Part shown: one piece after another, positions 47,313-57,764 of the stretch
Layout: the number at the start of each line of letters is the position of its first letter
How positions within the stretch are numbered: position 1 is the first letter of the stretch
Assembly (NCBI RefSeq): GCF_965227385.1
Contig: NZ_OZ245750.1
Coordinates: 3,360,552-3,424,551 of the forward strand
DNA: 64,000 nucleotides
Source of the DNA: Sphingomonas sp.
Lineage (GTDB): Bacteria; Pseudomonadota; Alphaproteobacteria; Sphingomonadales; Sphingomonadaceae
Direction: 5' to 3'
Notes under the pieces: generated by a model
What the model saw: only the letters and a program-made list of their open reading frames with translations
The model's database searches: none
What the model was told of the DNA's origin: nothing
Program-made: the position numbers and the translations under genes

Positions 47313-47388
47313 GGCCCCTTCGTCTAGCGGTCTAGGACGTCGCCCTCTCACGGCGAAAACACGGGTTCGAGTCCCGTAGGGGTCACCA
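47313..47388 (+). tRNA. tRNA-Glu, anticodon CTC
   Basis: Acceptor GGCCCCT/AGGGGTC-A-CCA, anticodon arm TCGCC-CTCTCAC-GGCGA, T-loop GGTTCGAGTCC; 76 nt. Confidence 0.97.
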
Positions 47389-47472
47389 GGCCGCCGAAAA
47401 TGGCGGAAATGGCGGTTTTCCGAACTTTTGAGTCTCTGCGGGTGCACCTGATGAGTACACCGGACACGTTCG

Positions 47473-49077
47473 ATGACGAGATTGAAGGGCCTTTGGCAGG
47501 ATCCGCGCAGCGGCATCTTTTACCTTCGCCGCAAGGTGCCCGGGGCGCTGCGGCCGATGTTCAATTGCGGCGAGCTCTACAAGGTGACGCTCGGCACGTC
47601 GGATTAGCGTGAGGCCGGGAAGAAGCTGGCGATCGCCAATGGCGAGTTCGAGAAGAAGCTCGAGACCTTCCGTGAGACGCTGAAGAACCAGGGCGTTGGC
47701 GCCCCGTCGCCTGAGGAGGCTCAGGCGTTGGTCGAGCGGCACCTTACGCGACGATCGGAAAGCGGCTTCGCTTCGGGCGGGGTGGACGTCGCATTCCTGC
47801 TGCGCGAACTCGACGACGCGGTAGCGGATCTCGCGGGCGAGCGCCTGCCGACTGCCCAATCGATGCCGCCCGCAGAATGGATTGCCTATCGCAAGCGCGT
47901 CGCGGGCAGCGATACCGATGACGAACTGTCCGATGAAGCCATCGCAAGGCTGGAGGCGGAAATGGCGACTCGCCATCGCCCACCCGGCGAGCTCTGGTTC
48001 GACTATCAACGCCGGACGCCGCGCCGGCGCTGGCGGGCGTTGATGACCGAACCGGTCGCTGCGCTCAAGCGCCAGATCGGTCTGGTCGAAGGCAACATAC
48101 CAGGCATCGATGAACCGTTGGCCGACGCGATCGCTGCGGCACTGGCATCGCCGCAACTGCGTGAGCAAGTGCCGCAGGTCCAGTCATCTCGCCGTCGTCC
48201 CAACGCGACCCGCGCGCGCCCGGACATGAAGCTCGGCGACCTCGCCAAGGTGTGGAAGGCGGCACGCAGGCCGGGCAAGAAGGCCGTCGCGGCAGCCGAC
48301 AAGGCGGTCGAAGACTTCACCAGCTTCATCGGTGACATCGGCATTGGCGAGATCACGGCCGATGACTGTTTCGAGTTCCGCGATGCAGTAGCCAAAATGC
48401 CGGTAAGCATGGGCGAGCGCGATGAGGCAGGCCGGCTTCTCCCCGAGCAAGACGCCGGCCGCGGGGTGTTGAAGGCCGACCTGTTCCGGCCCGAGGGCGT
48501 CGCGCCCCTATTCGAAGCCGTCGAATCCGACGCGCGCTTCGTCATGATCGCTACGCCGGCCGGCGGCCTTACCAAAATCGACGAACTCAGCGAGAATCTC
48601 GGCGCGAGCCACCTTATCCAGCACATCGTCGATTGCGGGCGGCAGCCGATCGTCATGGTGCCGTTTTCGCCGGACGTCGCTTCGATCAGGGGCGTCGCCA
48701 AGGCAGTGGAACGGTTCGGCGCCAGCGCGTCGATCGTCGCGATGCGCAGCATGGTCGGCGTCAAGGAGAGCGACTACCGTCTGTGGTCCGCCGAGAACTT
48801 CCAGGACCAGTACGGACGTCAGGTCGGAGGTCGAACCCGCGCCGCCTTCGAAGCGGTCGGCGGCCGGATGATCGACATCCCGGCTCTGACTGCCGGCCCG
48901 AACGCCATGGCCGAAGCACTGAGCCTCACTTACGCTCAAGCGGCCCGCTATGCCGGTGACGGTTGGCAGACCTACGACCGTCTCAATGTCCAGCAGTGGC
49001 TGTTTGGCTGGGTGGCCGAATTGAAGAAGGTGGCCGACCTCCTTGGGTTGGAAGATGCCGACTGGAGGGCGTACTGA
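47473..49077 (+). pseudogene. Tyrosine integrase N-terminus (DUF6538-like + core-binding) with internal TAG, fused in frame to the C-terminal part of a TraL/ParA-like protein
   Basis: MTRLKGLWQDPRSGIFYLRRKVP...GTSD*REA (TAG 47605-47607). Core-binding-like segment to ...FRDAVAKMP (~48410), then unrelated sequence; no R-H-R-H-Y catalytic domain and no Walker A. Confidence 0.7.
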
Positions 49078-49724
49078 TGAGCGCGTCCTTCTCCGACACG
49101 TCCGGTTTCGATGCTACATCGGCCCGTGCCCTGCTCGAGCGCTATTGCTATGGCCACACGCCCGACGTCGAGGCCATCCTGCGCTTTGCGCACGATCATC
49201 GCCTCACGGAAGACAACGTCGTCTTCCTCTTGGTCGCCATCCTCAAGGTTAATGAGAGAATAATCGGGAACCTGCTGACGGCGATTGCCAGTGCTGATCG
49301 TGTGATCGACAATGCCAAACACGCCGGTCAGGCGCTCCGCACCCTGTCTCAGACTGAAATCGCGCAAATCGAGGCAGCAGGCATCAGAGCCGCCGGTCAC
49401 CTCAATGTTGCAGCCGATCGGCTGATGCGAACGGCAGCGAAAGCTGAGCAGCTCTGCGAACGCATCCTGGCGGCCGGCGGCGATCTCACAGCGGCGCGCG
49501 GAGCGTTCGAACACGCTGCCGAACTCAGAAGCGGCCAGCGGGCGCTCGACAGCATGATCGAGATGATCCGCAGGCAGGCTCAGGCCGACCTCAGGGGATA
49601 CCATGGCGAGATCATCGAAGGGCTGCAAAGCGACATACGCCGGGAACTCCGGGGCATCCACGCTTACGGGTTGATCGGGCTCGGAGGTTGGCTCGTCAGC
49701 ATCGTCGTCTGGTTGTGGGCGTAG
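49077..49724 (+). CDS. Hypothetical coiled-coil protein with C-terminal TM (TraM/mobilisation-accessory-like)
   Basis: TGATG coupling to the upstream ORF; ILRFAHDHRLTEDNVVFLLV resembles the TraM-type N-terminus (by eye); C-terminal TM. Confidence 0.6.
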   Translation: MSASFSDTSGFDATSARALLERYCYGHTPDVEAILRFAHDHRLTEDNVVFLLVAILKVNERIIGNLLTAIASADRVIDNAKHAGQALRTLSQTEIAQIEAAGIRAAGHLNVAADRLMRTAAKAEQLCERILAAGGDLTAARGAFEHAAELRSGQRALDSMIEMIRRQAQADLRGYHGEIIEGLQSDIRRELRGIHAYGLIGLGGWLVSIVVWLWA

Positions 49725-49919
49725 CAGCCGTCCAAGCCCCCACGAGCCCGCGAAGCCCTCCCCGGCATTAGTCCGGCCACTCCTCGCACCGGCCCAGCCA
49801 ATGCCTGGGCCGGTGCCCCTCAATTATTGGAATAATTAACATGCGTGATCCGCCCGCACGTAAGCCGATGACGGTGCGGTCATGTATGTGGACTGGCATG
49901 GACGCTTTACGCGTGACGA

Positions 49920-50221
49920 GGTGGATGATCTACGAGGTCAACGACATCAAACACCGCCTCAACAGGCCGAACCATCCTGGACCAACGGGCAAGTCGAGCG
50001 GATAAACCGCACCATCAAAGGGGCGACCGTCAAACGCTTCAACTACGACAGCCACAAACAGCTACGAACGCAACTCGCCGACTTCACCGCCCCCTGCAAT
50101 TTCGGCCGCAGGCTCAAGATCCTCAGCGCCCTCACACCCTACGAATACATCAGCAAGATCTGGACTTAAGAGCCAGAACGATTCATCCTCAACCCGATCA
50201 ACCAGATGCCGTGCCTGAACA
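49920..50221 (+). mobile_element. IS481-family transposase 3' fragment (pseudogene) with right end
   Basis: ..EVNDIKHRLNRPNHP/WTNGQVERINRTIK...LTPYEYISKIWT*EPERFILNPINQMPCLN; 1-bp frameshift ~49977, TAA at 50167-50169, ends ...AACA. Confidence 0.85.
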
Positions 50222-50396
50222 CCTAGCCTGTGTTGGCAAAAGGGATTCCCAACAGGAATGTTCTCCGGCGACCGGCCGGTTGGCAGGCCCGAAATCAATC
50301 GGCTGAACTGCGCCACAAATACTTGCTGGACGGCAACCTTGAATTCGGGCGCAAACGTCGCGACGCAACCGATCCGGGGCCTGCATGCACGTTCTC

Positions 50397-51617
50397 TCAG
50401 ACGAGCTCTTTGAGCGGCACGCTGGCATCGGCGAGTGCCACCGGATCGGGCGACAGCCGCTCCACCACCAGCTTGCGCCCCTGAACATAATCCTTGGTCG
50501 CGTTGACGCAGTCCAGCGCGATCACGCGGCCTTCCTTCAGGTACAGGACCGAAAAGCTGCGGTTCGCCGGATCGCCGCGCAGGATCGCCTGATCATGGCC
50601 GGTCGACAGGCCGACGGTCTGGAGCTTGAGGTCGTACTGGTTCGACCAGAACCACGGCACCGCGTCATAGGCCAGTTCCTGACCCATGATCGTCTTCGCC
50701 ACCAACGTCGCCTGATCATTGGCGTTCTGTACCGACTCGAGCCGGATCGGCATATCGTCGGCGAAGCGGTTGGCGTGCAGCGCGCAGTCGCCGATGGCGA
50801 AGATATCGGGCAGCGAGGTGCGGCACTGGTGATCGACCGCGACGCCATTGCCGCCCTGCGCGCCTGCCGCGATCAGCGGTTCGACGGCGGGCACGATGCC
50901 GATGCCGACGATCACCATTTGCGCCGGGATCACCGTGCCGTCCTGCATCCGCACACCGGTCACCCGGCCATCACCCTCGATACACTCGACCGCCGCCGCC
51001 AGCCGCACATCGACCCCATGCGCGCGATGCTCGGCCTCATAGAAGCGCGATAGCGGCTCGCCCGCGACGCGCGCCAGCACCCGGTCGAGCGCTTCGAGCA
51101 GCACGACCTTCTTGCCGAACTTGGCGAGCACCGCCGCCGCTTCCAGCCCGATATAGCCGCCGCCGATCACCACCGCCTGTTCGACACCGTCCAGCTCGGC
51201 CAGCATCCGATCGGCGTCTGCGCGGGTGCGCACGGTGTGGACGCCGATCAGGTCGTTGCCGGCGCACCCGATCCGGCGCGGGCTGCCCCCGGTGGCCCAG
51301 ATCAGCTGGCCATAGCCGATCGTCGCGCCATCGGCTGTGGTCACGCTGTGCGCGACGGGATCGACCGAAACCACACGCCGGTTCAGCAGCATCTCGACAT
51401 TGCGCTCGGCCCAGAAGGCCGCGGGGCGGATCATGATCCGTTCGAACGCCTTCTCTCCCGAAAAATACTCTTTCGAAAGCGGCGGGCGCTCGTAGGGCAG
51501 CTCGGGTTCGTCACCGATCATCGCGATCGTCCCCTCGAACTTGGCCTGGCGCAGCGCGATCGCCGCCTGTGCCCCGCCATGCCCCGCACCTACGATCACG
51601 ATATCGATACCGGTCAT
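50397..51617 (-). CDS. Ferredoxin reductase (putidaredoxin-reductase / oxygenase-coupled type)
   Basis: [44 protein letters not shown]. Confidence 0.93.
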   Translation of the reverse strand: MTGIDIVIVGAGHGGAQAAIALRQAKFEGTIAMIGDEPELPYERPPLSKEYFSGEKAFERIMIRPAAFWAERNVEMLLNRRVVSVDPVAHSVTTADGATIGYGQLIWATGGSPRRIGCAGNDLIGVHTVRTRADADRMLAELDGVEQAVVIGGGYIGLEAAAVLAKFGKKVVLLEALDRVLARVAGEPLSRFYEAEHRAHGVDVRLAAAVECIEGDGRVTGVRMQDGTVIPAQMVIVGIGIVPAVEPLIAAGAQGGNGVAVDHQCRTSLPDIFAIGDCALHANRFADDMPIRLESVQNANDQATLVAKTIMGQELAYDAVPWFWSNQYDLKLQTVGLSTGHDQAILRGDPANRSFSVLYLKEGRVIALDCVNATKDYVQGRKLVVERLSPDPVALADASVPLKELV

Positions 51618-51800
51618 GCGATCAGCCTTTGCGTCGAAGGGAATTCCGGACGCGGTAGTTTAACGACGAGCCCTACGGCATGGCCTTTCGTAAAGTCGGC
51701 GGGCAACTGCCCCCCACCTTCGCGTATCCCCCTACCGAAGGTCCGGTTTTCGGTCGACTTCGCCCAACCCACCCCCGATCGTCGCGACGATCACGCGCTG

Positions 51801-52913
51801 TCAGAACACGACGACGCTGCGGATGCTTGTCCCCGCATGCATCAGGTCGAACCCCTTGTTGATGTCGTCCAGTCCCATGACATGGGTGATCATCGGGTCG
51901 ATCTCGATCTTGCCGGTCATGTACATGTCGACGATCTTGGGCACGTCGGTGCGGCCCTTTGCCCCGCCGAACGCGGTGCCGCGCCAGTTGCGGCCGGTGA
52001 CCAGCTGGAACGGGCGCGTGGCGATTTCCTTGCCCGCCTCGGCCACGCCGATGATGATGCTGGTGCCCCAGCCGCGATGGCATGCCTCCAGCGCGATGCG
52101 CATGACGTCCGTGTTGCCTGTCGCGTCGAACGTATAGTCGGCGCCGCCATCGGTCATCGCAACGATCCGCGCCACCACATCCTCGCGGCTCATGCCGCGC
52201 GAATTGAGGAAGTCGGTCATGCCGAACTTGCGCCCCCATTCCTCGCGATCGGGGTTGATGTCGACGCCGATGATCTGGTTCGCCCCGGCCAGCCGCGCGC
52301 CCTGAATGACGTTGAGGCCGATGCCGCCAAGGCCGAACACCACGACATTGTCGCCGACCTGCACCTTGGCCGTGTTGATGACCGCGCCGACCCCGGTGGT
52401 GACGCCGCAGCCGATATAGCAGCTGGTCTGGAACGGCGCGTCCTCGCGAATCTTGGCGACCGCGATCTCGGGCAGCACGGTGAAGTTCGAGAAGGTCGAG
52501 CAGCCCATGTAGTGATAGATCGGCTGGCCCTTGTAGGAAAAGCGCGTGGTGCCATCCGGCATCAGCCCCTTGCCCTGGGTTGCGCGGATCGCGGTACACA
52601 AATTGGTCTTGCCGCTGAGGCACGACTTACACTGGCGACATTCCGGCGTGTAGAGCGGGATGACATGGTCGCCCGGCGTCACGCTGGTCACGCCCGCGCC
52701 GACCTCGCGGACCACCCCCGCGCCTTCATGCCCCAGCACGCTCGGGAAGATCCCCTCGCTGTCGAACCCGTCCAGCGTATAGGCGTCGGTATGGCAGATG
52801 CCGGTCGCCATGATCTCGACCAGCACTTCCCCGGCTTTCGGCCCCTCCAGATCAAGCTCGACAATCTCGAGCGGCTTCCTGGCCTCGAATGCGACAGCGG
52901 CGCGGGTCTTCAT
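51801..52913 (-). CDS. frmA: S-(hydroxymethyl)glutathione dehydrogenase / class III alcohol dehydrogenase
   Basis: [49 protein letters not shown]. Confidence 0.96.
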   Translation of the reverse strand: MKTRAAVAFEARKPLEIVELDLEGPKAGEVLVEIMATGICHTDAYTLDGFDSEGIFPSVLGHEGAGVVREVGAGVTSVTPGDHVIPLYTPECRQCKSCLSGKTNLCTAIRATQGKGLMPDGTTRFSYKGQPIYHYMGCSTFSNFTVLPEIAVAKIREDAPFQTSCYIGCGVTTGVGAVINTAKVQVGDNVVVFGLGGIGLNVIQGARLAGANQIIGVDINPDREEWGRKFGMTDFLNSRGMSREDVVARIVAMTDGGADYTFDATGNTDVMRIALEACHRGWGTSIIIGVAEAGKEIATRPFQLVTGRNWRGTAFGGAKGRTDVPKIVDMYMTGKIEIDPMITHVMGLDDINKGFDLMHAGTSIRSVVVF

Positions 52914-53004
52914 GCTGGTCTCCTGATTTGCCAACCCCTCTAAATTCATTGCGAAGCAGGGAAAATCCGTCTTTTCTGCAAAACACTATCGCTCAGGAGA
53001 AACA

Positions 53005-53883
53005 ATGGCGGGTCCGTGGGATGGTATCGACGAGGTTGCGGCAGTTGCTGAAACGGGCAGCTTCGTCGGCGCAGCGCGACGCCTCGACGTCTCCGTATCG
53101 CACATCAGTCGCGCAGTGGCGCGATGTGAGGACAGGCTGCAGGTGCAGTTGTTCGCCCGTACGACCCGCTCGGTACGTGTCACCGACACGGGGCGGCTGT
53201 TGGTCGAGCAATTCCAGCGCCTGATCGCTGAGCGCGAGGAAGCGTTCGCGATGATCGAAGCCAATGGCGCGCCTCAGGGAGCGTTGCGCGTGACCTGCTC
53301 GATCGCCCTGGGCGAACGCTTCGTGGCGCCGGTCTTGCGATCATTCGCTCAGAAGTACCCCTCTTTGACCGTGGAGCTCGATCTATCGAATCGCGTCGTG
53401 GACTTGATCTCCGAAGGATATGACCTTGCCATTCGAACCGGTGCCCTGACCGACACGCGGCTATTGCGGCGGCAGATTTGCACCCGCCACGTGACGATAT
53501 GTGCTGCGCCCGCATATCTCAGCCGCCGCGGCATCCCCGGGTCGATCGCGGACCTGGACAGGCACGACTGTCTGGTGGGTTCTACGCGAATCTGGCAATT
53601 CGCTGTCGACGGAGCGCTGCAAAGCTACCGGCCTGTTCCGCGCTGGCAATGTAACAGCGGTATGGCAATCGCCGAGGCAGCTATCGCCGGAATGGGCGTT
53701 TGCCATCTGCCGACATTCTACCTGCGCGAGGCGCTCGCGTCGGGACAGTTGGTTCAGCTCCTCCAGCTGCACCACCCGCCCGCCGAGCCGGTATGGGCGG
53801 TCTATCCGCAGCGGCGGCACCTGCTCCCGAAGGTGCGCCGGGTGGTGGACCTGTTAGCGACAAATCTGGGTGACGGCCTCTAG
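53005..53883 (+). CDS. LysR-family regulator (CrgA-like)
   Basis: GSFVGAARRL, LFARTTRSVRVT, DLISEGYDLAIR; divergent from frmA. Confidence 0.93.
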   Translation: MAGPWDGIDEVAAVAETGSFVGAARRLDVSVSHISRAVARCEDRLQVQLFARTTRSVRVTDTGRLLVEQFQRLIAEREEAFAMIEANGAPQGALRVTCSIALGERFVAPVLRSFAQKYPSLTVELDLSNRVVDLISEGYDLAIRTGALTDTRLLRRQICTRHVTICAAPAYLSRRGIPGSIADLDRHDCLVGSTRIWQFAVDGALQSYRPVPRWQCNSGMAIAEAAIAGMGVCHLPTFYLREALASGQLVQLLQLHHPPAEPVWAVYPQRRHLLPKVRRVVDLLATNLGDGL

Positions 53884-54020
53884 CGGTTCTCCCAGACCGG
53901 CCCAGTCACTGGTCGTAGCGCAGTTTGCGACAAGTACCATCGCCGTTCAATCTATGTCGCCTTCCAGATCGCATTCCTATCAAGTGGGCTGCAATAAAGA
54001 AACTATGAGGGGAGGCAGTT

Positions 54021-56261
54021 TTGAAACAGCTATTGATGTCATCCGTTGCAACAGCCGTATTGCTGAGCGGAGCTACCGCGCATGCCGCAGACCCGGCCCC
54101 TGCCGCGCCGCAGAGCGAAACAACCCCGGCCAAGAAGGACCCCGAAGCCGACCGAGCGGGTATCGAGGAGGTCATCGTCACGGCCCAACGCACGGAGACC
54201 AGCCTCCAGCGCACACCCGTATCGGTCCAGGCCTACACCGCAGAAGAACTGACCCGACGTGGGGTCAGCGATATCGCGTCGCTGGTTCAGAACGATAGCA
54301 GCGTCAATCTCAACCTCTCGACCGGCCAGCCGATCATTGCCGTTCGCGGTGTGTCGAGCCAGAACGCGACCGAGGTGGGCGACCCCGCCGTGTCGGTGGC
54401 CACCGACGGCATCTTTACCAATCGGCCCTACGGCATCTTCGCCAGCATATATGACGTGGCGCGCGTTGAAATCCTTCGCGGCCCCCAGGGTACGCTGTTT
54501 GGTCGCAATGCCACCGGCGGCACGATCAACGTCATCACTGCGCGCCCGACGGATGGCAACGAGGCAATGGTGACAGGCGAAGTTGGAAGCTACTCGCTCG
54601 TCGGCGCTGAAGGTTACGTTAATTTTGGCGTCGCCAAGGGCGTGAACGGCCGCATTTCGTTCAACCTGCGCAACCGCAATGGTTACCGGGATCTGACACC
54701 GAACAAGACACGCGGCGATGACGAGGATCTGAAGTCGATCCGCGCCCAGTTCGCCTTCGAATCCGGCGCATTGGAGGGGTGGATTCTCGGCCAATACAGC
54801 CAGCTTGGCGGTGGCGGAGCCGTGCGTGAGACCCTGCCCTTCATCTTCCGGAACGGCGTGAGCGGCGAGCCGGTGCACGAGCTACATCCCGACATCAGCG
54901 ATGGCCGCACCTTTCCGGCGTACGTACCGTATGTTCGTGACATGCGGCACTGGGAATTGCGCGGCGGCCTGACGTACACCTTCGCAGACGACATCTCGAT
55001 CAGCTATCTCGGCGGCTACGACCGGATCAATTATTTACGGCAACAGGCGATCAGCCCCTTCTTCGCCGGGTTCGGGAATGGACCGCTGCCGGTGCCGCGG
55101 GTCTATGACAGCCGCGAGAAGCCCGAGACGATCAACCAGGAAATCCGCGTTGCATCCGCGCCGAACGCGCGGTTCTCCTGGCAGGCAGGCGCCTATTACT
55201 TCCGCGAACGCAACAGCGTTTTTGTCGATATCGTGTTCAATCCGAATTCCAACGCGCGACGCCTGGGAACGCAGTTCCAGTATCCGTCGATCACCTCCAC
55301 ATCAAAGGCGCTGTTTGCTCAGGCCAGCTATGGCCTGACCGAGGAACTGCGACTGACCGTAGGCGGGCGCTATACGTGGGACAACAAGGAACGGGTCGGC
55401 ACCTTCATCCTGCATCCCGCGCAAACTGGTGGTGCAAACATCATCCGGATTGACCAACCGGCGACCTCCAAGTCGAACAAGCCGACGTGGACGGTTGGCC
55501 TCGACTATCAGGCAACGCCCGACAACCTGCTCTATGCAAAGGTCAGCACCGGCTACAAGGTCGGAGGTTTCAACAACGCCGTCAGCGTCTATGGCCCCGA
55601 AACCGTCACATCCTACGAGATCGGCTCGAAGAACAGCTTTCTCGACCGGCACCTGCAACTGAATGTCAGCGCGTTCCGCATGGACTACTCGGACCAGCAG
55701 GTCACGCAGTTCGTCGCTGGTGTCCAGAGCTCCGGCTCGCTTACCGTGAATGCCGGCCGCTCGCGCATCTGGGGGGCAGAGCTCAACCTGATCGCGCAGG
55801 ACGATGCATTCGGGCGCGTGGCAATCTCCGGCAACTTCACCGATGCAAAGTATAAAGAGTTCATCGCATCCGCGGGGTGGAACTCGTCGATCAACCTCAA
55901 TCTCGCCGGCAACACACTGCCACTCGCGCCGCGCTGGTCATTCACGGGCGAATACATGCTGCCGATCGAACTCGCGAGCGGCGCAACCGTGACGCCGCGG
56001 ATTTCCGGCAAATACCAGAGCGATCAATGGTTTGCTGCCACGAACTACAACTCGCAGAAGAACCCAGCTTATGGCCTCGTCGATCTGGGCCTGGACTACG
56101 AAACAAGCGACGGCAATGTGCTGGTTCAGCTGTGGGTCAAAAATCTGTTCGACAAGACCGTATTCAGCGACGCAACTGAATTCTATCTCTACAATAACTA
56201 TCAGTATTCCTATCAGCCGCCACGGACTTACGGCATCCGGGCACGGGTGAAGATCCGCTAG
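54021..56261 (+). CDS. TonB-dependent outer-membrane receptor
   Basis: Signal peptide, EEVIVTAQR, VEILRGPQGTLFGRNATGG, C-terminal PRTYGIRARV; TTG start. Confidence 0.95.
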   Translation: MKQLLMSSVATAVLLSGATAHAADPAPAAPQSETTPAKKDPEADRAGIEEVIVTAQRTETSLQRTPVSVQAYTAEELTRRGVSDIASLVQNDSSVNLNLSTGQPIIAVRGVSSQNATEVGDPAVSVATDGIFTNRPYGIFASIYDVARVEILRGPQGTLFGRNATGGTINVITARPTDGNEAMVTGEVGSYSLVGAEGYVNFGVAKGVNGRISFNLRNRNGYRDLTPNKTRGDDEDLKSIRAQFAFESGALEGWILGQYSQLGGGGAVRETLPFIFRNGVSGEPVHELHPDISDGRTFPAYVPYVRDMRHWELRGGLTYTFADDISISYLGGYDRINYLRQQAISPFFAGFGNGPLPVPRVYDSREKPETINQEIRVASAPNARFSWQAGAYYFRERNSVFVDIVFNPNSNARRLGTQFQYPSITSTSKALFAQASYGLTEELRLTVGGRYTWDNKERVGTFILHPAQTGGANIIRIDQPATSKSNKPTWTVGLDYQATPDNLLYAKVSTGYKVGGFNNAVSVYGPETVTSYEIGSKNSFLDRHLQLNVSAFRMDYSDQQVTQFVAGVQSSGSLTVNAGRSRIWGAELNLIAQDDAFGRVAISGNFTDAKYKEFIASAGWNSSINLNLAGNTLPLAPRWSFTGEYMLPIELASGATVTPRISGKYQSDQWFAATNYNSQKNPAYGLVDLGLDYETSDGNVLVQLWVKNLFDKTVFSDATEFYLYNNYQYSYQPPRTYGIRARVKIR

Positions 56262-56287
56262 GTTCCGGTCATCCCAAAGCGCCATCG

Positions 56288-56319
56288 GGGCGGGACATTT
56301 GATGTCCCGCCCTTTTTTT
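56288..56319 (+). terminator. Intrinsic terminator after the TonB receptor
   Basis: gggcgggacat-ttg-atgtcccgccc followed by T7. Confidence 0.85.
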
Positions 56320-56417
56320 GGCGGGAAATCCGGCAAGTCGGAGCGCGCAAATCCGCATGTCGCTCAGGGGGCAGACGGGTATGCTCCAAACTGGATAATA
56401 GCGTTCGGGAGTGGATT

Positions 56418-57764
56418 TTGATCATGAGCGAGGCCGCCGTAGCGCCACACCGACACAAGCTCTCGCATCTCGAGGTCCTCAGCTATGGAGGAGGCTCAGT
56501 CGCTTCCAGCCTTTCCTGGAACATGGTCGCCGGCTTTCTGATCGTCTATTACACCGATACGATCCTTCTGCCGGTCGCTGCGGTCGGGACGCTCGTCTTT
56601 CTGACGCGCCTGATCGACGCATTGTTCGACCCAGTCGTCGGCATGCTCGTAGATCGAACACGGTCGCGGTGGGGCAAGGCGCGGCCATATCTGCTGTTCA
56701 TGCCGATCCCGTTCGCGATATTGTGCGTGCTGACATTCGCCGTCCCGGACGGCACGACCAACGAGAAGCTGGTCTACGCCTATATCACCTTCGGCCTGCT
56801 GGGTCTGGTCTACTCGTTGCTCTATGTGCCCTACGGCGCGCTTCAACCGCTGCTGACCTCTGACAGACCGCAATTGCTGACCATCAGCAGCGTGCGTGCG
56901 ATGGGCACGTCGGTCGCATCGATTTTCGTGTACGCGCTTGTCGTCCCGACTATCGCCTTCTTCGGCGGCGGGCGAGCCGGCTACACTTGGGCGGCGGCGG
57001 TGTTCGCACTCTGCACGACCGCACTTTATTTCGTGACCTTTGCAAATTGTCGCGAACGGACTGCCGGTGATGCCGAGTCCGATCGCTCGCCATTCAAAAA
57101 GGCGTTTCCGCGCGCGCTGCGCAATCGCGTTTGGGTCGTCGCGATGCTGTTCGAGATTCTGATCTTCATTCGTCTCGGTATCATGACCGCCGCCATGGCC
57201 TTTTATGCACGCATCGTGCTGGGTTCGGCGGCATCGATCTCGATCCTGCTCCCGACTCTCTCGGTCGGCATCCTTCTGGGTGGCTTCATCGCGGCGCCGT
57301 ATCTGCGCCGCTTCGGCAAACGACGGGGGGTCAGCTGGTTTCTGCTGTTCACCATCTTCATCTTCGCGCTGGTTCCGGTGATCGGCCACACCGTGCTCGG
57401 CTTCAGCTTGATCCTGTTCTTCGGCGCAATCGGCGCTGGCGTTCAGGCAACGATGGTCTTTGCGATGGTTTCGGAATCAGTGGAGGCCCAGTTGCGGCTG
57501 TTCGGGTTTCGGGATGCGGGGCTGCTGACGTCGTTCGCAGCGTTCAACTCCAAGGTCGGCTTCGCGCTGGGAAGCGCGGGCGTTGCCTGGGCGCTGGCGC
57601 TTGCCGATTACAGCCCGAACCTGCCCGCCGCTGCGGTCGCGCCGACATTGATCTGGATCTTCTGCCTGTCCCCGATCGTGCTGTCCCTGCTCCAGCTTGT
57701 GGTGATCCGCTACTATCCGGAGGACATGGCAGCGCTTGCGGCGGACCGGGCAGCCGCGGCGTGA
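56418..57764 (+). CDS. Glycoside-pentoside-hexuronide (GPH/MelB-like) cation symporter
   Basis: DALFDPVVGMLVDRTRSRWGKARPY, ~12 TM helices, KVGFALG. Confidence 0.92.
   Translation: MIMSEAAVAPHRHKLSHLEVLSYGGGSVASSLSWNMVAGFLIVYYTDTILLPVAAVGTLVFLTRLIDALFDPVVGMLVDRTRSRWGKARPYLLFMPIPFAILCVLTFAVPDGTTNEKLVYAYITFGLLGLVYSLLYVPYGALQPLLTSDRPQLLTISSVRAMGTSVASIFVYALVVPTIAFFGGGRAGYTWAAAVFALCTTALYFVTFANCRERTAGDAESDRSPFKKAFPRALRNRVWVVAMLFEILIFIRLGIMTAAMAFYARIVLGSAASISILLPTLSVGILLGGFIAAPYLRRFGKRRGVSWFLLFTIFIFALVPVIGHTVLGFSLILFFGAIGAGVQATMVFAMVSESVEAQLRLFGFRDAGLLTSFAAFNSKVGFALGSAGVAWALALADYSPNLPAAAVAPTLIWIFCLSPIVLSLLQLVVIRYYPEDMAALAADRAAAA

Noticed and set aside
47363-47388. attR duplicate of the tRNA-Glu 3' end
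   Set aside because: Not found by eye between 47389 and 64000, so the island's right boundary cannot be placed; an exact string search downstream would settle it.
47605-47607. Programmed amber read-through or pyrrolysine in the integrase
   Set aside because: No pyl genes seen, and the gene also lacks its catalytic domain; a nonsense mutation is simpler.
50227-50396. Possible second IS end (cctgtgttggcaaaagggattcccaacagg) and a weak FAPEFK-like transposase trace on the minus strand
   Set aside because: Too short and degenerate to support without a search.
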